Origin: an uncultured SAR86 cluster bacterium
GTDB taxonomy: Bacteria; Pseudomonadota; Gammaproteobacteria; Magnimaribacterales; D2472
DNA length: 64,000 nucleotides
Reading direction: 5' to 3'
Assembly: GCA_902531245.1 (NCBI GenBank)
Contig: CACADH010000004.1
Span: 21,197 to 85,196, forward strand
This document shows, piece by piece, positions 1 through 11,270 of the stretch (positions are counted from its first letter, which is position 1; every line of letters begins with the position of its first letter). The translations under genes and the position numbers were made by a program. The notes beneath the pieces were generated by a model that worked only from the letters and a program-made list of their open reading frames with translations, ran no database searches and had not been told where the DNA came from.

Positions 1-792
1 AAATAATCTAATCTCCAAATTAGTAAGATTTGAACTAATCTTTTCGATGTTTTTTATATAGCCAACCTTGATGTTTTTTGGATAAATTCCACCTAAACCA
101 GATGTATAAAAAATCTGATCTAGCACTATATCTTCATTCCAAACTAGTGGATTATAAGAACATATAATTATTTCTGGTCTCCCGCTTCCACTTGCATTGC
201 AAAAAAATTCGTTAGATTCAGACTTTATTGGTAAGGAATGAGTTATGTCGGTAAGTAATAAAACTTCAGAAAATTTACTTTTATCGATAATCTGGCCAAC
301 TATTCCAGAGCTATTAAAAACAATACTTTCTTTATATCCATGTTCAGAAGTCCCAGTAACTTCGATAAACATTCTATGCTTATCGCAGCATTTATACATA
401 TTTGGATTAATGTTTCTTAGTTGGGCAATATCATATTCAAAAGTATATTCACCATCTTTATATGCTTTTCTAATAATTTCTTGATCTTTAAAAAAAATAT
501 TATCTCTTGAAATTAAATAATTATTTAAATAGCTTGTATCAAGTGCTTTTTTTAAATTCTTGTTTTCTTGAATCAATTCATTTTTAGATCTTGAGAGATT
601 GATCAAAGATTTTATGGGTTCAATTGCTAGATTTTTAACCATGTAGACTGATGAAATTTTTATAGCTTTAAATCCATTTTTTATATTATCAAAATTACTA
701 GTAGTTATATCTAAATATAAGATGAATGCGCCAAGAGCAGTTGTAAAAAAGAATGTTATCTTTTGACTAGGAGTTGGCGAAATCCTAGCCAT
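1..792 (-). CDS. mreC: Rod shape-determining protein MreC (C-terminus runs off the window)
   Basis: My translation of the minus strand from the ATG at 792 (MARISPTPSQKITFFFTTALGAFILYLD...) stays open to position 1. It has an N-terminal TM segment and a GLGGIYPKNIKVGYI motif like the MreC GLGG-FP-G-VG motif. It starts 6 nt after the mreB stop. Confidence 0.85.
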   Translation of the reverse strand, partial: MARISPTPSQKITFFFTTALGAFILYLDITTSNFDNIKNGFKAIKISSVYMVKNLAIEPIKSLINLSRSKNELIQENKNLKKALDTSYLNNYLISRDNIFFKDQEIIRKAYKDGEYTFEYDIAQLRNINPNMYKCCDKHRMFIEVTGTSEHGYKESIVFNSSGIVGQIIDKSKFSEVLLLTDITHSLPIKSESNEFFCNASGSGRPEIIICSYNPLVWNEDIVLDQIFYTSGLGGIYPKNIKVGYIKNIEKISSNLTNLEIRLF

Positions 793-797
793 TTGTT

Positions 798-1874
<1,077 letters not shown>

Positions 1875-1929
1875 TTAATTTACTAGTTAGGTTAATATCC
1901 CCCCACTAAACTATAATAATATCCTATAT

Positions 1930-2211
1930 ATGGACAAGAAAACAGTAACAACAATATCTTACTTATCAAGATTAAAGATTGATAGTGAAAAAGAGCATAA
2001 AATTGTAAAAGATTTAGACAACATTATTAAATTTGTAGATCAATTGAATGGCGTTGATACATCTTCTATAGAACCATTAACAAATCCTTTAGAAAAAACT
2101 GCTAAAACAAGAAAAGATGAAGTGACTGCTAAAAATCTAAAAAAAGAGCTATTGGAAGTTGCGCCTTCAGCTAATGAAGACTACTTTTTAGTACCAAGGG
2201 TAGTTGAGTGA
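1930..2211 (+). CDS. gatC: Asp/Glu-tRNA amidotransferase subunit C
   Basis: 93-aa protein directly upstream of gatA, overlapping it by 4 nt. GatC-like sequence (LSRLKI...FVDQL..VDTS...PL). Confidence 0.9.
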   Translation: MDKKTVTTISYLSRLKIDSEKEHKIVKDLDNIIKFVDQLNGVDTSSIEPLTNPLEKTAKTRKDEVTAKNLKKELLEVAPSANEDYFLVPRVVE

Positions 2212-3659
2212 CAATAAAATACAAAACAATAAAAGAAATTAAACAAATGATTTCTCAAAAAGATATTTCAAATAAAGAAATTGTTGAAGAGGTTTATAAG
2301 TTAATTGATAAGAATTCACACTTAAATGCATTTGTAACTCTTAATAAAGATAAGTCCATTAAAAAAGCTGAGAATTTAGATAATAATCCATCTGATTCTT
2401 CCTTAGCTGGAATACCCATTGCCCAAAAAGATCTTTTTTGTACAAAAGGAATCAGAACTACATGTGGCTCAAAGATTCTTGATAATTTTATTCCTCCATA
2501 TTCAGCAACCGTTATTGAAAATCTTGAGAATGCAGGTTGTATATCTGTTGGTAAAACAAATATGGATGAGTTTGCTATGGGCTCTTCAAATGAAACTAGT
2601 TTCTTCGGCAATGTTCATAATCCTTGGGGTGAAAATTTAGTTCCTGGAGGAAGTTCTGGTGGTTCTGCATCTGCTGTTGCTGCAGGCATTGTTCCAGCAG
2701 CATCTGGAACAGATACCGGAGGTTCTATAAGACAACCTGCTTCATTATGTGGAATTACAGGTATCAAACCAACATATGGAAGAGTATCGAGATGGGGAAT
2801 GATTGCTTTTGCCTCTAGTCTTGATCAAGCTGGTCCAATGGCAAGAACTGCAGAAGATTGTGCATTGCTACTTAATGAAATGTGTTCACATGACATAAAA
2901 GATACAACTTCTTTAGATGAAAATATCCCAAATTTTGAAGATAGTATTAATGAATCACTAAAAGGTAAAAAAGTTGGAGTTGTAAAAGATCTTGATTTAT
3001 CTAGCTTGGATAATGATGTTATTGGTGTGTATGAGAGCTCATTGCAAGAATTTGTTTCCCTTGGGGCTGAGTTGGTGGATATATCATTGCCAAACCTTTC
3101 TTTGTCAGTGCCAACATATTACGTTGTTGCACCAGCTGAATGTTCATCAAATTTATCTAGATTTGATGGAGTAAAATTTGGAAGAAGATCTGAAAATCCA
3201 AAAGATCTTGAAGAACTATACATTCAAACTAGATCAGAAGGTTTTGGCGATGAGGTTAAAAGAAGAATATTAATAGGTTCTTATGTTCTTTCTTCAGGAT
3301 ACTATGATGCCTATTATAAAAAAGCTCAACAAGTTAGAAGGCTTATAAAAAAAGATTTTGATGAAGCATTCTCTGATGTAGATGTAATTATGACGCCAAC
3401 GACGCGAGGACCAGCATTTGAGATCGGTTCAAAAGGAAGTGATCCAATTCAAATGTATCTTGAAGATTTATTTACTATTTCTGCAAATCTTGCAGGATTA
3501 CCAGCAATGTCTTTGCCTAATGGAAATATCGATAACAAGCCTATAGGCTTACAAATAATTGGAAACTTTCTTGATGAAAGTACAATCTTAAACTTTGGTC
3601 ATATGTATCAAACTAAAACAAATTGGCATATGTTTACACCTGAAGGAGTTAAGCCATGA
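2208..3659 (+). CDS. gatA: Asp/Glu-tRNA amidotransferase subunit A
   Basis: Amidase signature GGSSGGSASAVAAG and TDTGGSIRQPA. 483 aa. Sits between gatC and gatB. Confidence 0.96.
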   Translation: MTIKYKTIKEIKQMISQKDISNKEIVEEVYKLIDKNSHLNAFVTLNKDKSIKKAENLDNNPSDSSLAGIPIAQKDLFCTKGIRTTCGSKILDNFIPPYSATVIENLENAGCISVGKTNMDEFAMGSSNETSFFGNVHNPWGENLVPGGSSGGSASAVAAGIVPAASGTDTGGSIRQPASLCGITGIKPTYGRVSRWGMIAFASSLDQAGPMARTAEDCALLLNEMCSHDIKDTTSLDENIPNFEDSINESLKGKKVGVVKDLDLSSLDNDVIGVYESSLQEFVSLGAELVDISLPNLSLSVPTYYVVAPAECSSNLSRFDGVKFGRRSENPKDLEELYIQTRSEGFGDEVKRRILIGSYVLSSGYYDAYYKKAQQVRRLIKKDFDEAFSDVDVIMTPTTRGPAFEIGSKGSDPIQMYLEDLFTISANLAGLPAMSLPNGNIDNKPIGLQIIGNFLDESTILNFGHMYQTKTNWHMFTPEGVKP

Positions 3660-5083
3660 GCTGGGAAACAGTTATTGGTTTAGAGATACATGCGCAACTG
3701 TCAACAAAATCTAAATTGTTTTCAGGTGGCTCTACAGAATTTGGGGCAGAGTCTAATACACACGTCGATCTTGTTGATATGGGATTACCTGGGGTTCTTC
3801 CGGTTGCTAACAAAGAAGCCTTTTATAAAGCCATTAGATTTGGACTTGCGACTGGTGCAGAGATCAACCAAGTCTCATCTTTTGATAGAAAGAACTACTT
3901 CTACCCCGACCTACCCAAAGGTTATCAAATTACTCAAATGACTAAACCGATAGTTGAAAAAGGTTCTATAAAAGTACTAACGGATGAAGGCGAAAAAGTA
4001 ATTAATATTACAAGAGCTCACCTTGAAGAAGATGCTGGTAAATCTATTCATGATCTATTTGAAGGAGAAACAGGAGTAGACCTTAATAGAGCTGGAACAC
4101 CTCTGCTTGAAATTGTCTCTGAGCCTGAAATTTCAAGCGCTAAAGAAGCTGTTGCATATTTTAAAGCCATTAGACAGCTCGTAACTTTTTTAGACATATG
4201 TGATGGAAATATGGCACAAGGATCCATGAGATGTGATGTAAATGTCTCTATTAAAAAAAGTGGTGATAAAGGATTAGGGACAAGAGCTGAATTAAAGAAT
4301 ATAAATTCTTTTAAATTTATTGAAAAAGCTATTAATTATGAGATTGAGCGTCAAATTAGAGTAATTGAAAATGGTGAATCTGTTGTTCAAGAAACAAGAC
4401 TATATGACAGCGATAAAAATGAAACTAGGTCAATGAGATCTAAAGAAGAAGCAAATGATTATAGATATTTTCCGTGTCCAGATCTTCTTCCAGTGGTAAT
4501 CTCAGATAAAGAGCTACAAGAAATAAAAGATAATCTTCCTGAACTTCCAGAGGAGAAAGAAAATAGATATATTTCAGAAATTGGGCTTGAAGAATCAGAA
4601 GCAAAAATTATATCTTCATCTAAAACAATGGCCAATATGTTTGAAGAGGCTTCAAGTAAAACAGATGACATAAAGCTTGTAGCCAAATGGTTAGTTGGTG
4701 ATATAAGTGCTTTGTTAAATAAAGATAATATAGAAATTGATGAATCAAATTTATCACCAGAAAATTTTGGAAAATTAATTGAGAGAATCTCAGACAACAC
4801 TATCTCAGGAAAAATTGCGAAATCAGTTCTGGAAGAAGTTTGGGAAAATGGTTCCGATGTTGATGAAATAATTCAAACAAAAGGTCTTATTCAAATTAAA
4901 GATGAATCTTTACTTGAAGACATAGCTAGGAAGGTTATTGACTCTAATTCTGATCAAGTAGCTTCATATAAGAGCGGGAAAGAAAAGCTTTTTGGTTTTT
5001 TTGTTGGGCAAGTAATGAAAGAAACCCAGGGAAAGGCTAATCCGAAAAGTGTTAATGAAATACTTAAAAAATTATTGAAATAA
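3656..5083 (+). CDS. gatB: Asp/Glu-tRNA amidotransferase subunit B
   Basis: ETVIGLEIHAQL N-terminus, MRCDVNVS, and a YqeY-like C-terminal tail (GFFVGQVMKETQGKANP). 475 aa. Confidence 0.96.
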   Translation: MSWETVIGLEIHAQLSTKSKLFSGGSTEFGAESNTHVDLVDMGLPGVLPVANKEAFYKAIRFGLATGAEINQVSSFDRKNYFYPDLPKGYQITQMTKPIVEKGSIKVLTDEGEKVINITRAHLEEDAGKSIHDLFEGETGVDLNRAGTPLLEIVSEPEISSAKEAVAYFKAIRQLVTFLDICDGNMAQGSMRCDVNVSIKKSGDKGLGTRAELKNINSFKFIEKAINYEIERQIRVIENGESVVQETRLYDSDKNETRSMRSKEEANDYRYFPCPDLLPVVISDKELQEIKDNLPELPEEKENRYISEIGLEESEAKIISSSKTMANMFEEASSKTDDIKLVAKWLVGDISALLNKDNIEIDESNLSPENFGKLIERISDNTISGKIAKSVLEEVWENGSDVDEIIQTKGLIQIKDESLLEDIARKVIDSNSDQVASYKSGKEKLFGFFVGQVMKETQGKANPKSVNEILKKLLK

Positions 5084-5085
5084 TT

Positions 5086-5547
5086 TCAAACAATAAACAT
5101 TGTTAAGGCTTCTGCAACATATGCAGGCTTTTCAACACCTTTAATTTCCATAGTAACTTCAAATTTTGCGAGATATTGACCAGGATTTTTTTCATTAATA
5201 TCCATGCATTTCATTCTAATTCTTACCTCAGAATTCACAGGAACTGGACTTAAAAATCTTACCTTATCTAATCCATAATTTAGTCCCATTTTAGTACCTT
5301 CTAGCACCATACCTATTTCTTGTTCAAAGGGTATGCCAGCAATTAGCGATAATGAAAGAAATCCGTGAGCTATGGTGGATCCAAACACTGGAGTTGCTTG
5401 TTCAGGATCAACATGAATAAATTGATGATCCATTGTTGCTTCAGCAAATTTATCTATCCTTTTTTGATCAATGACAATCCAATCTGATAAACCTACTTCA
5501 GTACCAATAACTGATTGAATTTCTGATGTTTTTACAACTTTTAACAT
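5086..5547 (-). CDS. MaoC-like (R)-specific enoyl-CoA hydratase / hotdog-fold dehydratase
   Basis: 153 aa with the MaoC-type motif HVDPEQA...FGSTIAHGFLSLSL. Located directly downstream of an acyl-CoA synthetase. Confidence 0.8.
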   Translation of the reverse strand: MLKVVKTSEIQSVIGTEVGLSDWIVIDQKRIDKFAEATMDHQFIHVDPEQATPVFGSTIAHGFLSLSLIAGIPFEQEIGMVLEGTKMGLNYGLDKVRFLSPVPVNSEVRIRMKCMDINEKNPGQYLAKFEVTMEIKGVEKPAYVAEALTMFIV

Positions 5548-5548
5548 A

Positions 5549-7165
5549 CTACTTCTCCATATAATGATTATTATATTCTTCTCTTAGCTCAAACTTTTGA
5601 AGTTTACCTGTAGCACCATGAGGGAGTTCTTTTAAGAAGATAATCTCATCTGGTAACCACCATTTAGCTACCTTATCGCTTAAGAAATCAATAATACTTT
5701 GTTTTTCAATCGGTTCTCCTGAATTAGTAACAATAAATAACATTGGTCTTTCGTCCCATTTAGGATGAGGTATTCCAACAACACAAGCCTCAGCGACTTC
5801 AGGATGACCAAAAGCAGCATTTTCTAGATCAATTGAACTAATCCACTCACCACCAGACTTAATAACATCTTTAGCTCGATCCTTAATCGTCATATACCCA
5901 TCTTCGTCTAAAACAGATATATCACCAGTATCAAACCAACCGTTTGAATCTACGGCATCTTTATCAGATTTAAAATATTTCTGAAGAATCCACGGGCCTC
6001 TAACTAATAAATGACCTTGAGATTCGCCATCATGAGGAAGTTCATTTCCAGCATCATCAACAACTTTTAACTCGACTCCATAAATTGGCCTGCCTTGTTT
6101 GAGTTGAATTGCATACTTCTCTTCTTTACTCATATTTTCCATTTCAGGCGTTGGAATATTTGTAGTTCCCATAGGACTCATCTCAGTCATTCCCCATGCA
6201 TGTATTACATTTACATCATGAACCTCATCAAATTCTTGAAGTGTTGCTAAAGATAAAGCTGATCCTCCAATAATAGTATTTTTTACAGAACTTAAAATTT
6301 TATTATTTTCTCTACAATAAGCTAAAAGGCCCATCCATATAGTCGGAACTCCAAATGCTAATGTTATATCTTCTTTTTCAATAAGCTCATAAAGAGGTTC
6401 GCCTTCCATTTGCATTCCTGGCATTACTAATTTTAAACCTAACATTGGTCCAAAATATGGAATACCCCAAGCTAAAACATGGAACAAGGGAACCACCATT
6501 AAAATAGAGTCATCTGGACTTATAGTCATTGCGGTTAGAGCTGCTTGTGCATGAATAACATTTGATTTATGACTATACAAAACACCCTTTGGATTACCTG
6601 TGGTTCCAGATGTATAACAAAGTCCACATGCAGCATCATCTTTTAAAGTTGGCCAAGTATAATTCTCGTCGCCATCCTTAATATACTCCTCATAAGAAAT
6701 AGCATTTTTTAGAGAAGTTTCAGGTAATTCATTTTCCTCACATAAAATAATAAATTTTTCTACAGTAGGAATTTGATCTTGAATTGCTTCAAGAATTGGA
6801 ATAAATGGAGTTTCTACGAATATAATTTTATCTTCAGCATGATTAATTATATAAACTGCTTGTTCTGGATGAAGCCTAAAATTAAGAGTATGTGTTATTG
6901 CTCCCATTCCGGATATCCCATAATACATTTCAAGATGTCGATAAGTATTCAAAGCTAACGTTGCTAATATGTCTCCCTCTTTATATCCATCTTTTATTAA
7001 AACTGATGCTAGCTTTCGAGATCTTATACATACTTCTTCATAATTTGATCTATGAATTTCTCCTGACACTAGTCTACTTATAATTTCTGTTTTTGGATGG
7101 ACTTTTTTAGCGTGCTCAATTATTCCAGCTACATTTGGTGTCCAACTTTGCATATCTCCAATCAT
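5549..7165 (-). CDS. AMP-dependent acyl-CoA synthetase (long-chain fatty-acid--CoA ligase family)
   Basis: AMP-binding motif [12 protein letters not shown], plus GWFDTGD and KSGGEWIS. 538 aa. Confidence 0.88.
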   Translation of the reverse strand: MIGDMQSWTPNVAGIIEHAKKVHPKTEIISRLVSGEIHRSNYEEVCIRSRKLASVLIKDGYKEGDILATLALNTYRHLEMYYGISGMGAITHTLNFRLHPEQAVYIINHAEDKIIFVETPFIPILEAIQDQIPTVEKFIILCEENELPETSLKNAISYEEYIKDGDENYTWPTLKDDAACGLCYTSGTTGNPKGVLYSHKSNVIHAQAALTAMTISPDDSILMVVPLFHVLAWGIPYFGPMLGLKLVMPGMQMEGEPLYELIEKEDITLAFGVPTIWMGLLAYCRENNKILSSVKNTIIGGSALSLATLQEFDEVHDVNVIHAWGMTEMSPMGTTNIPTPEMENMSKEEKYAIQLKQGRPIYGVELKVVDDAGNELPHDGESQGHLLVRGPWILQKYFKSDKDAVDSNGWFDTGDISVLDEDGYMTIKDRAKDVIKSGGEWISSIDLENAAFGHPEVAEACVVGIPHPKWDERPMLFIVTNSGEPIEKQSIIDFLSDKVAKWWLPDEIIFLKELPHGATGKLQKFELREEYNNHYMEK

Positions 7166-7232
7166 TTAAATTGCTCCCTTATCTTGTTTGTATTAAATTA
7201 TATAAGAAGCAACATTATTTGATAACAAAATT

Positions 7233-7898
7233 ATGAATATAAAAGAAGGTATTGAAAAACGATTTTCTGTTAGAGCTTTTAAAAAAGAAGTTCCAAATAT
7301 GAAATTAATTAGAGAAATTCTAAAAACTGCCAATGCAGCTCCATCTGGAGGAAATATTCAACCTTGGAAAGTATATGTTCTGAATGAAAAAGCAAAAAAT
7401 AATTTAGCAAAACAAACCCTATATAATTTTGATAATGGGATTCAGGAAGAAATCGAATATGATATTTATCCAAAACCACTTGCAGATGAGTATAAAAAAA
7501 GAAGATATGAATGTGGTGCAGATATGTATAACGCTCTCTCAATTAAAAAAGATGATCTGGATTCACGTTTTAAACAAATAAGAGAAAATTATAATTTCTT
7601 TGGTGCTCCTATTGGGATGATGGTAACTATAGATAGATCATTTGGAAATAATGGATGGGGTCACGTTGGCATGTTCTTAGAAAACTTATGGTTGAGTGCT
7701 ATACATCATGGATTAGGATTATGTCTTCAAGAATCATGGTCGATATATCCTAAAACCGTAAAAGATTTTATCAATCATCCAGATAACGAAATTGTTTGGT
7801 GTGGTGTTGCAATTGGTTATGAAGATAAAGATCATCCTATCAATCAATATAGAACACGAAGAGAAGATCTAAAATCTTTTGTAAAATTTATCGACTAA
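7233..7898 (+). CDS. Nitroreductase family protein
   Basis: 221 aa. N-terminal RFSVRAFKKE and APSGGNIQPW are typical of the FMN nitroreductase fold. Confidence 0.8.
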   Translation: MNIKEGIEKRFSVRAFKKEVPNMKLIREILKTANAAPSGGNIQPWKVYVLNEKAKNNLAKQTLYNFDNGIQEEIEYDIYPKPLADEYKKRRYECGADMYNALSIKKDDLDSRFKQIRENYNFFGAPIGMMVTIDRSFGNNGWGHVGMFLENLWLSAIHHGLGLCLQESWSIYPKTVKDFINHPDNEIVWCGVAIGYEDKDHPINQYRTRREDLKSFVKFID

Positions 7899-7905
7899 GA
7901 TAAGA

Positions 7906-9345
7906 ATGAAAAATTCTAAAAATCTTAAAATTGATAACTCTTATGCAAAAGAACTTTATGAAATTTCAAAAAAATGCCCTCCAAAGGGTTTTAAAAAAGC
8001 TGAAATCCTCTTAAGAAATTATTCTCTTGCTAAAGAGCTTGGTTTTGATAAAAGTTTTGTAGACTCCGATGAGTGCTTAAATATATTTGCTGGAAATAAT
8101 TTACTTGAAAACTCAATACCAATTGCCCAGGGTTATTCTGGACATCAATTTGGTCATTTTAATCCACAACTTGGTGATGGAAGAGCAATCTTATTAGGTG
8201 AAATTAATAAGATGGATATTCAATTAAAAGGAATAGGTCAAACTCCGTATTCAAGAAGAGGTGATGGTAAATCAGCTTTAAGTCCGGTGCTAAGAGAATA
8301 TATGATAAGTGAATTTATGCATGCATTGAAGATACCAACGACAAGGTCTCTTTTTGCAATAAAGACAAATGAGGATGTTCAAAGAGAAACAATACTTCCA
8401 GGAGGAGTTTTAACTAGAATTGCGAAAAGTCATATAAGAATTGGTACATTTGAGTACGCAAGAACAAAAAATATCCAAATACTCAAGACACTAGCTGATT
8501 ATTCTATTGACAGACATTATCCAGATTTAAAAGAAACTGATAACAAATATCTAAGTTTTTTTGCAGGTGTCTGTGATAAACAAGCTTCATTAGTATCAAA
8601 ATGGATGAGTATTGGATTTATTCATGGAGTTATGAATACTGATAATATCGCAATTTCTGGGGAAACTATTGATTATGGTCCTTGTGCATTCATGGATAAA
8701 TATAATCCAAAAACAGTATTTAGTTCTATTGATCATAGTGGAAGATACTCTTATAAAAACCAGCCAGCAATACTAATTTGGAATCTGGCAAAATTTGCTG
8801 AGACACTAATACCATTAATAGACGAAGATAATGAAATTTCAATAAAAAAACTTACAGAAATTCTGAATCAAACAATGCCGTTATATCAAGAATATTTCTA
8901 TAAAGAATTTGCTGAAAAACTAGGTCTTCAAACTATTGATAATATGAATGTAAAAATAATTGATAACTACTTAAAAATATTACATTCTGAATCAATAGAC
9001 TTTACTTTATCATTTAGAAATCTTGCAAAAATTGTTGATAAGTCAATAACTATAGAAGATTCTGTTTTTGGTAAATCAGGAGTTTTTACAAAATGGTATA
9101 AATCTTGGAAAAAAGAAATTAATATTTCAAATGTTTCTCAACAAATGAATTTAATAAATCCCTGCTATATACCTAGAAATCACTTAATCGAGATTGCGCT
9201 AAAAAATGGTGTTGATGGAGACATGACAAAAATTAATTTAATTACTACATTACTAGAATCACCTTTTATAGAGAAAGATGGATATGAGAAATATACTATG
9301 CCCTCCTCTTCTGATGAACGTTATATTACCTATTGTGGTACTTAA
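7906..9345 (+). CDS. selO: Protein adenylyltransferase SelO (YdiU/UPF0061 family)
   Basis: GHQFGHFNPQLGDGRAILLGE and HGVMNTDNIAISGETIDYGPCAF, diagnostic of SelO pseudokinases. 479 aa. Confidence 0.9.
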   Translation: MKNSKNLKIDNSYAKELYEISKKCPPKGFKKAEILLRNYSLAKELGFDKSFVDSDECLNIFAGNNLLENSIPIAQGYSGHQFGHFNPQLGDGRAILLGEINKMDIQLKGIGQTPYSRRGDGKSALSPVLREYMISEFMHALKIPTTRSLFAIKTNEDVQRETILPGGVLTRIAKSHIRIGTFEYARTKNIQILKTLADYSIDRHYPDLKETDNKYLSFFAGVCDKQASLVSKWMSIGFIHGVMNTDNIAISGETIDYGPCAFMDKYNPKTVFSSIDHSGRYSYKNQPAILIWNLAKFAETLIPLIDEDNEISIKKLTEILNQTMPLYQEYFYKEFAEKLGLQTIDNMNVKIIDNYLKILHSESIDFTLSFRNLAKIVDKSITIEDSVFGKSGVFTKWYKSWKKEINISNVSQQMNLINPCYIPRNHLIEIALKNGVDGDMTKINLITTLLESPFIEKDGYEKYTMPSSSDERYITYCGT

Positions 9346-9365
9346 AAATTAAGAAGATTAAGAAC

Positions 9366-10178
9366 CTATTTTAAAGTGGCTAAAGTAATTCTAGGAAGAT
9401 TCTGAAAGTCTTTAAAATTTTTAATATCTAAAAAATTATTCTCTTTTAAGATATTTGCAACTTCTTTCTCTTGCTCGTAACCATGTTCCAATATGAGCAT
9501 ACCTCCAATTTTTAATACTTTTGTGGATTGCTCTATAATTAATTTCAAATCTCCTAATCCCTTATCTTTCGCGACTAAAGCTTTTTTGGGCTCATGTTTT
9601 AAATCCTCTAGGTGAGAATCTTTATCCGCAATATAAGGAGGATTGCTAAGAACTAGATCAAATGTTTTTGTCTTAAAACAGGATAACCAATCAGCACAAA
9701 TAAGTGAGAAATTTTCTACATTAAGATTATTCTTGTTAATTAAAGCAACATTTAATGCATCCTCTGAATATTCTGATCCATACACTTGAAAACTTGGATT
9801 TTTTAAAGCAATTGATATTCCAATGCATCCAGAACCTGTTCCGGCATCTAATACCCTAATAGGAGATGAAAAATGATTATTTACATAATCAACTAAAATT
9901 TCTGTTTCAGGTCTAGGAATTAATACTCTTGAATCAACAAAGAATTCATATTCATAAAATTTAGAGGAATTTAAAATGTAATCTAATGGAATACCTTCAT
10001 TTTTTTGTTTAATAAATTGCTTTATTAGATTTTCATCATTATTTGTAAGAATTTTATTTGAATTAGTATAAATTTCATCATCTTTAAATTGTAATTTCTC
10101 TTTAAGAAAAAAAATAAATTCATTTTTAATAGTCTCGCTATCTAATATATTAAGATAATGAATTATTTGTTTATTCAA
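9366..10178 (-). CDS. prmC: Release factor glutamine N5-methyltransferase
   Basis: SAM motif LDAGTGSGCIGI and catalytic NPPY (SNPPYI). Immediately downstream of prfA. Confidence 0.93.
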   Translation of the reverse strand: MNKQIIHYLNILDSETIKNEFIFFLKEKLQFKDDEIYTNSNKILTNNDENLIKQFIKQKNEGIPLDYILNSSKFYEYEFFVDSRVLIPRPETEILVDYVNNHFSSPIRVLDAGTGSGCIGISIALKNPSFQVYGSEYSEDALNVALINKNNLNVENFSLICADWLSCFKTKTFDLVLSNPPYIADKDSHLEDLKHEPKKALVAKDKGLGDLKLIIEQSTKVLKIGGMLILEHGYEQEKEVANILKENNFLDIKNFKDFQNLPRITLATLK

Positions 10179-11270
10179 TTATTCTGATTCTAGTTGCGAA
10201 AGCATGGCTAGTTGGTTTTCTGCTAGTAATGCATCGCAGATTTCTTTAATATCGCCATCCATAATTTGATCTAAATTATGTTGAGTTAACTTTATCCTAT
10301 GATCTGTCATTCTTCCTTGAGGAAAATTATATGTTCTAATTTTTTCACTCCTATCTCCAGTTCCCACCAATATCTTTCTTTCACTTGCAATGCTTTCTTG
10401 TTGATTATCAATCTCCTGCTGTTTTAACTTTGCTGCAAGAAGAGACAGTGCTTTCTCTTTATTTTTATGTTGTGATCGTCCGTCCTGACATTCAACTACC
10501 AGTCCAGTTGGAATATGAGTTAATCTTACTGCTGAATCAGTTTTATTTACATGCTGTCCTCCAGCTCCGGAAGCTCTAAAGGTATCAACTCTTAGATCAT
10601 TTTTATCAATATTAATATCTTGGACTTCTTCAACTTCTGGTAAAACTGCTACTGTACAAGTAGATGTATGAACCCTTCCTTGTGATTCAGTTTCAGGAAC
10701 TCTTTGAACTCTATGAACTCCTGATTCAAATTTAAGTACCTTAAAAACACTCTTACCATTTAACTTAGCAACCACTTCTTTTAGCCCGCCTTGTTCAGAT
10801 TGTTTTATATCAATCACTTCTAGGTTCCAACCTTGTCTTTCTGATAGTCTTGTATACATTCTGAAAAGATCGCCAGCAAAAATACTTGCCTCATCTCCAC
10901 CTGCACCAGATCTTATTTCGAGATATGCCGAACCATCGTCAGCAAAATCTTTTGGTAGCAACATGAACTTTAGCTCTTGCTCAAGCTTTTCTGGGATATC
11001 CTGATAACTTTTTAAATCATCTTCAGCCAAACTTTTAAGTTCTTCATCACCTGATTCGATTATTTCGTTAGCATCTTTAATGCCTTTTAAAATTGAGTTG
11101 TATTCTTCAAATTTTTCAACGATTGGTTTTAATTCGGAAAACTCTTTGTTCAACAAAGTATATTTTTCGATATCTTCAATTGTTTTAGAGTCTAAAAGAA
11201 GATCTTGTATTTCATTTATCCTATTTTGAAGCTGATCAAGCTTCTTAAGCATTGATTCATGCATCATCAA
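10179..11270 (-). CDS. prfA: Peptide chain release factor 1
   Basis: GGQ motif (SGAGGQHVNKTDSAVR) and an RF1-type P-x-T tripeptide (PET). hemA-prfA-prmC synteny. Confidence 0.97.
   Translation of the reverse strand: MMMHESMLKKLDQLQNRINEIQDLLLDSKTIEDIEKYTLLNKEFSELKPIVEKFEEYNSILKGIKDANEIIESGDEELKSLAEDDLKSYQDIPEKLEQELKFMLLPKDFADDGSAYLEIRSGAGGDEASIFAGDLFRMYTRLSERQGWNLEVIDIKQSEQGGLKEVVAKLNGKSVFKVLKFESGVHRVQRVPETESQGRVHTSTCTVAVLPEVEEVQDINIDKNDLRVDTFRASGAGGQHVNKTDSAVRLTHIPTGLVVECQDGRSQHKNKEKALSLLAAKLKQQEIDNQQESIASERKILVGTGDRSEKIRTYNFPQGRMTDHRIKLTQHNLDQIMDGDIKEICDALLAENQLAMLSQLESE

Noticed and set aside
245-484. 79-aa plus-strand ORF from the six-frame track
   Set aside because: It lies antisense inside the clearly recognisable mreC reading frame and has no motifs. 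It is a shadow ORF.
10179-11270. Programmed +1 frameshift of a release-factor gene
   Set aside because: The gene is RF1 (P-x-T motif, prfA context) and reads as a single uninterrupted ORF. The known frameshift belongs to prfB.
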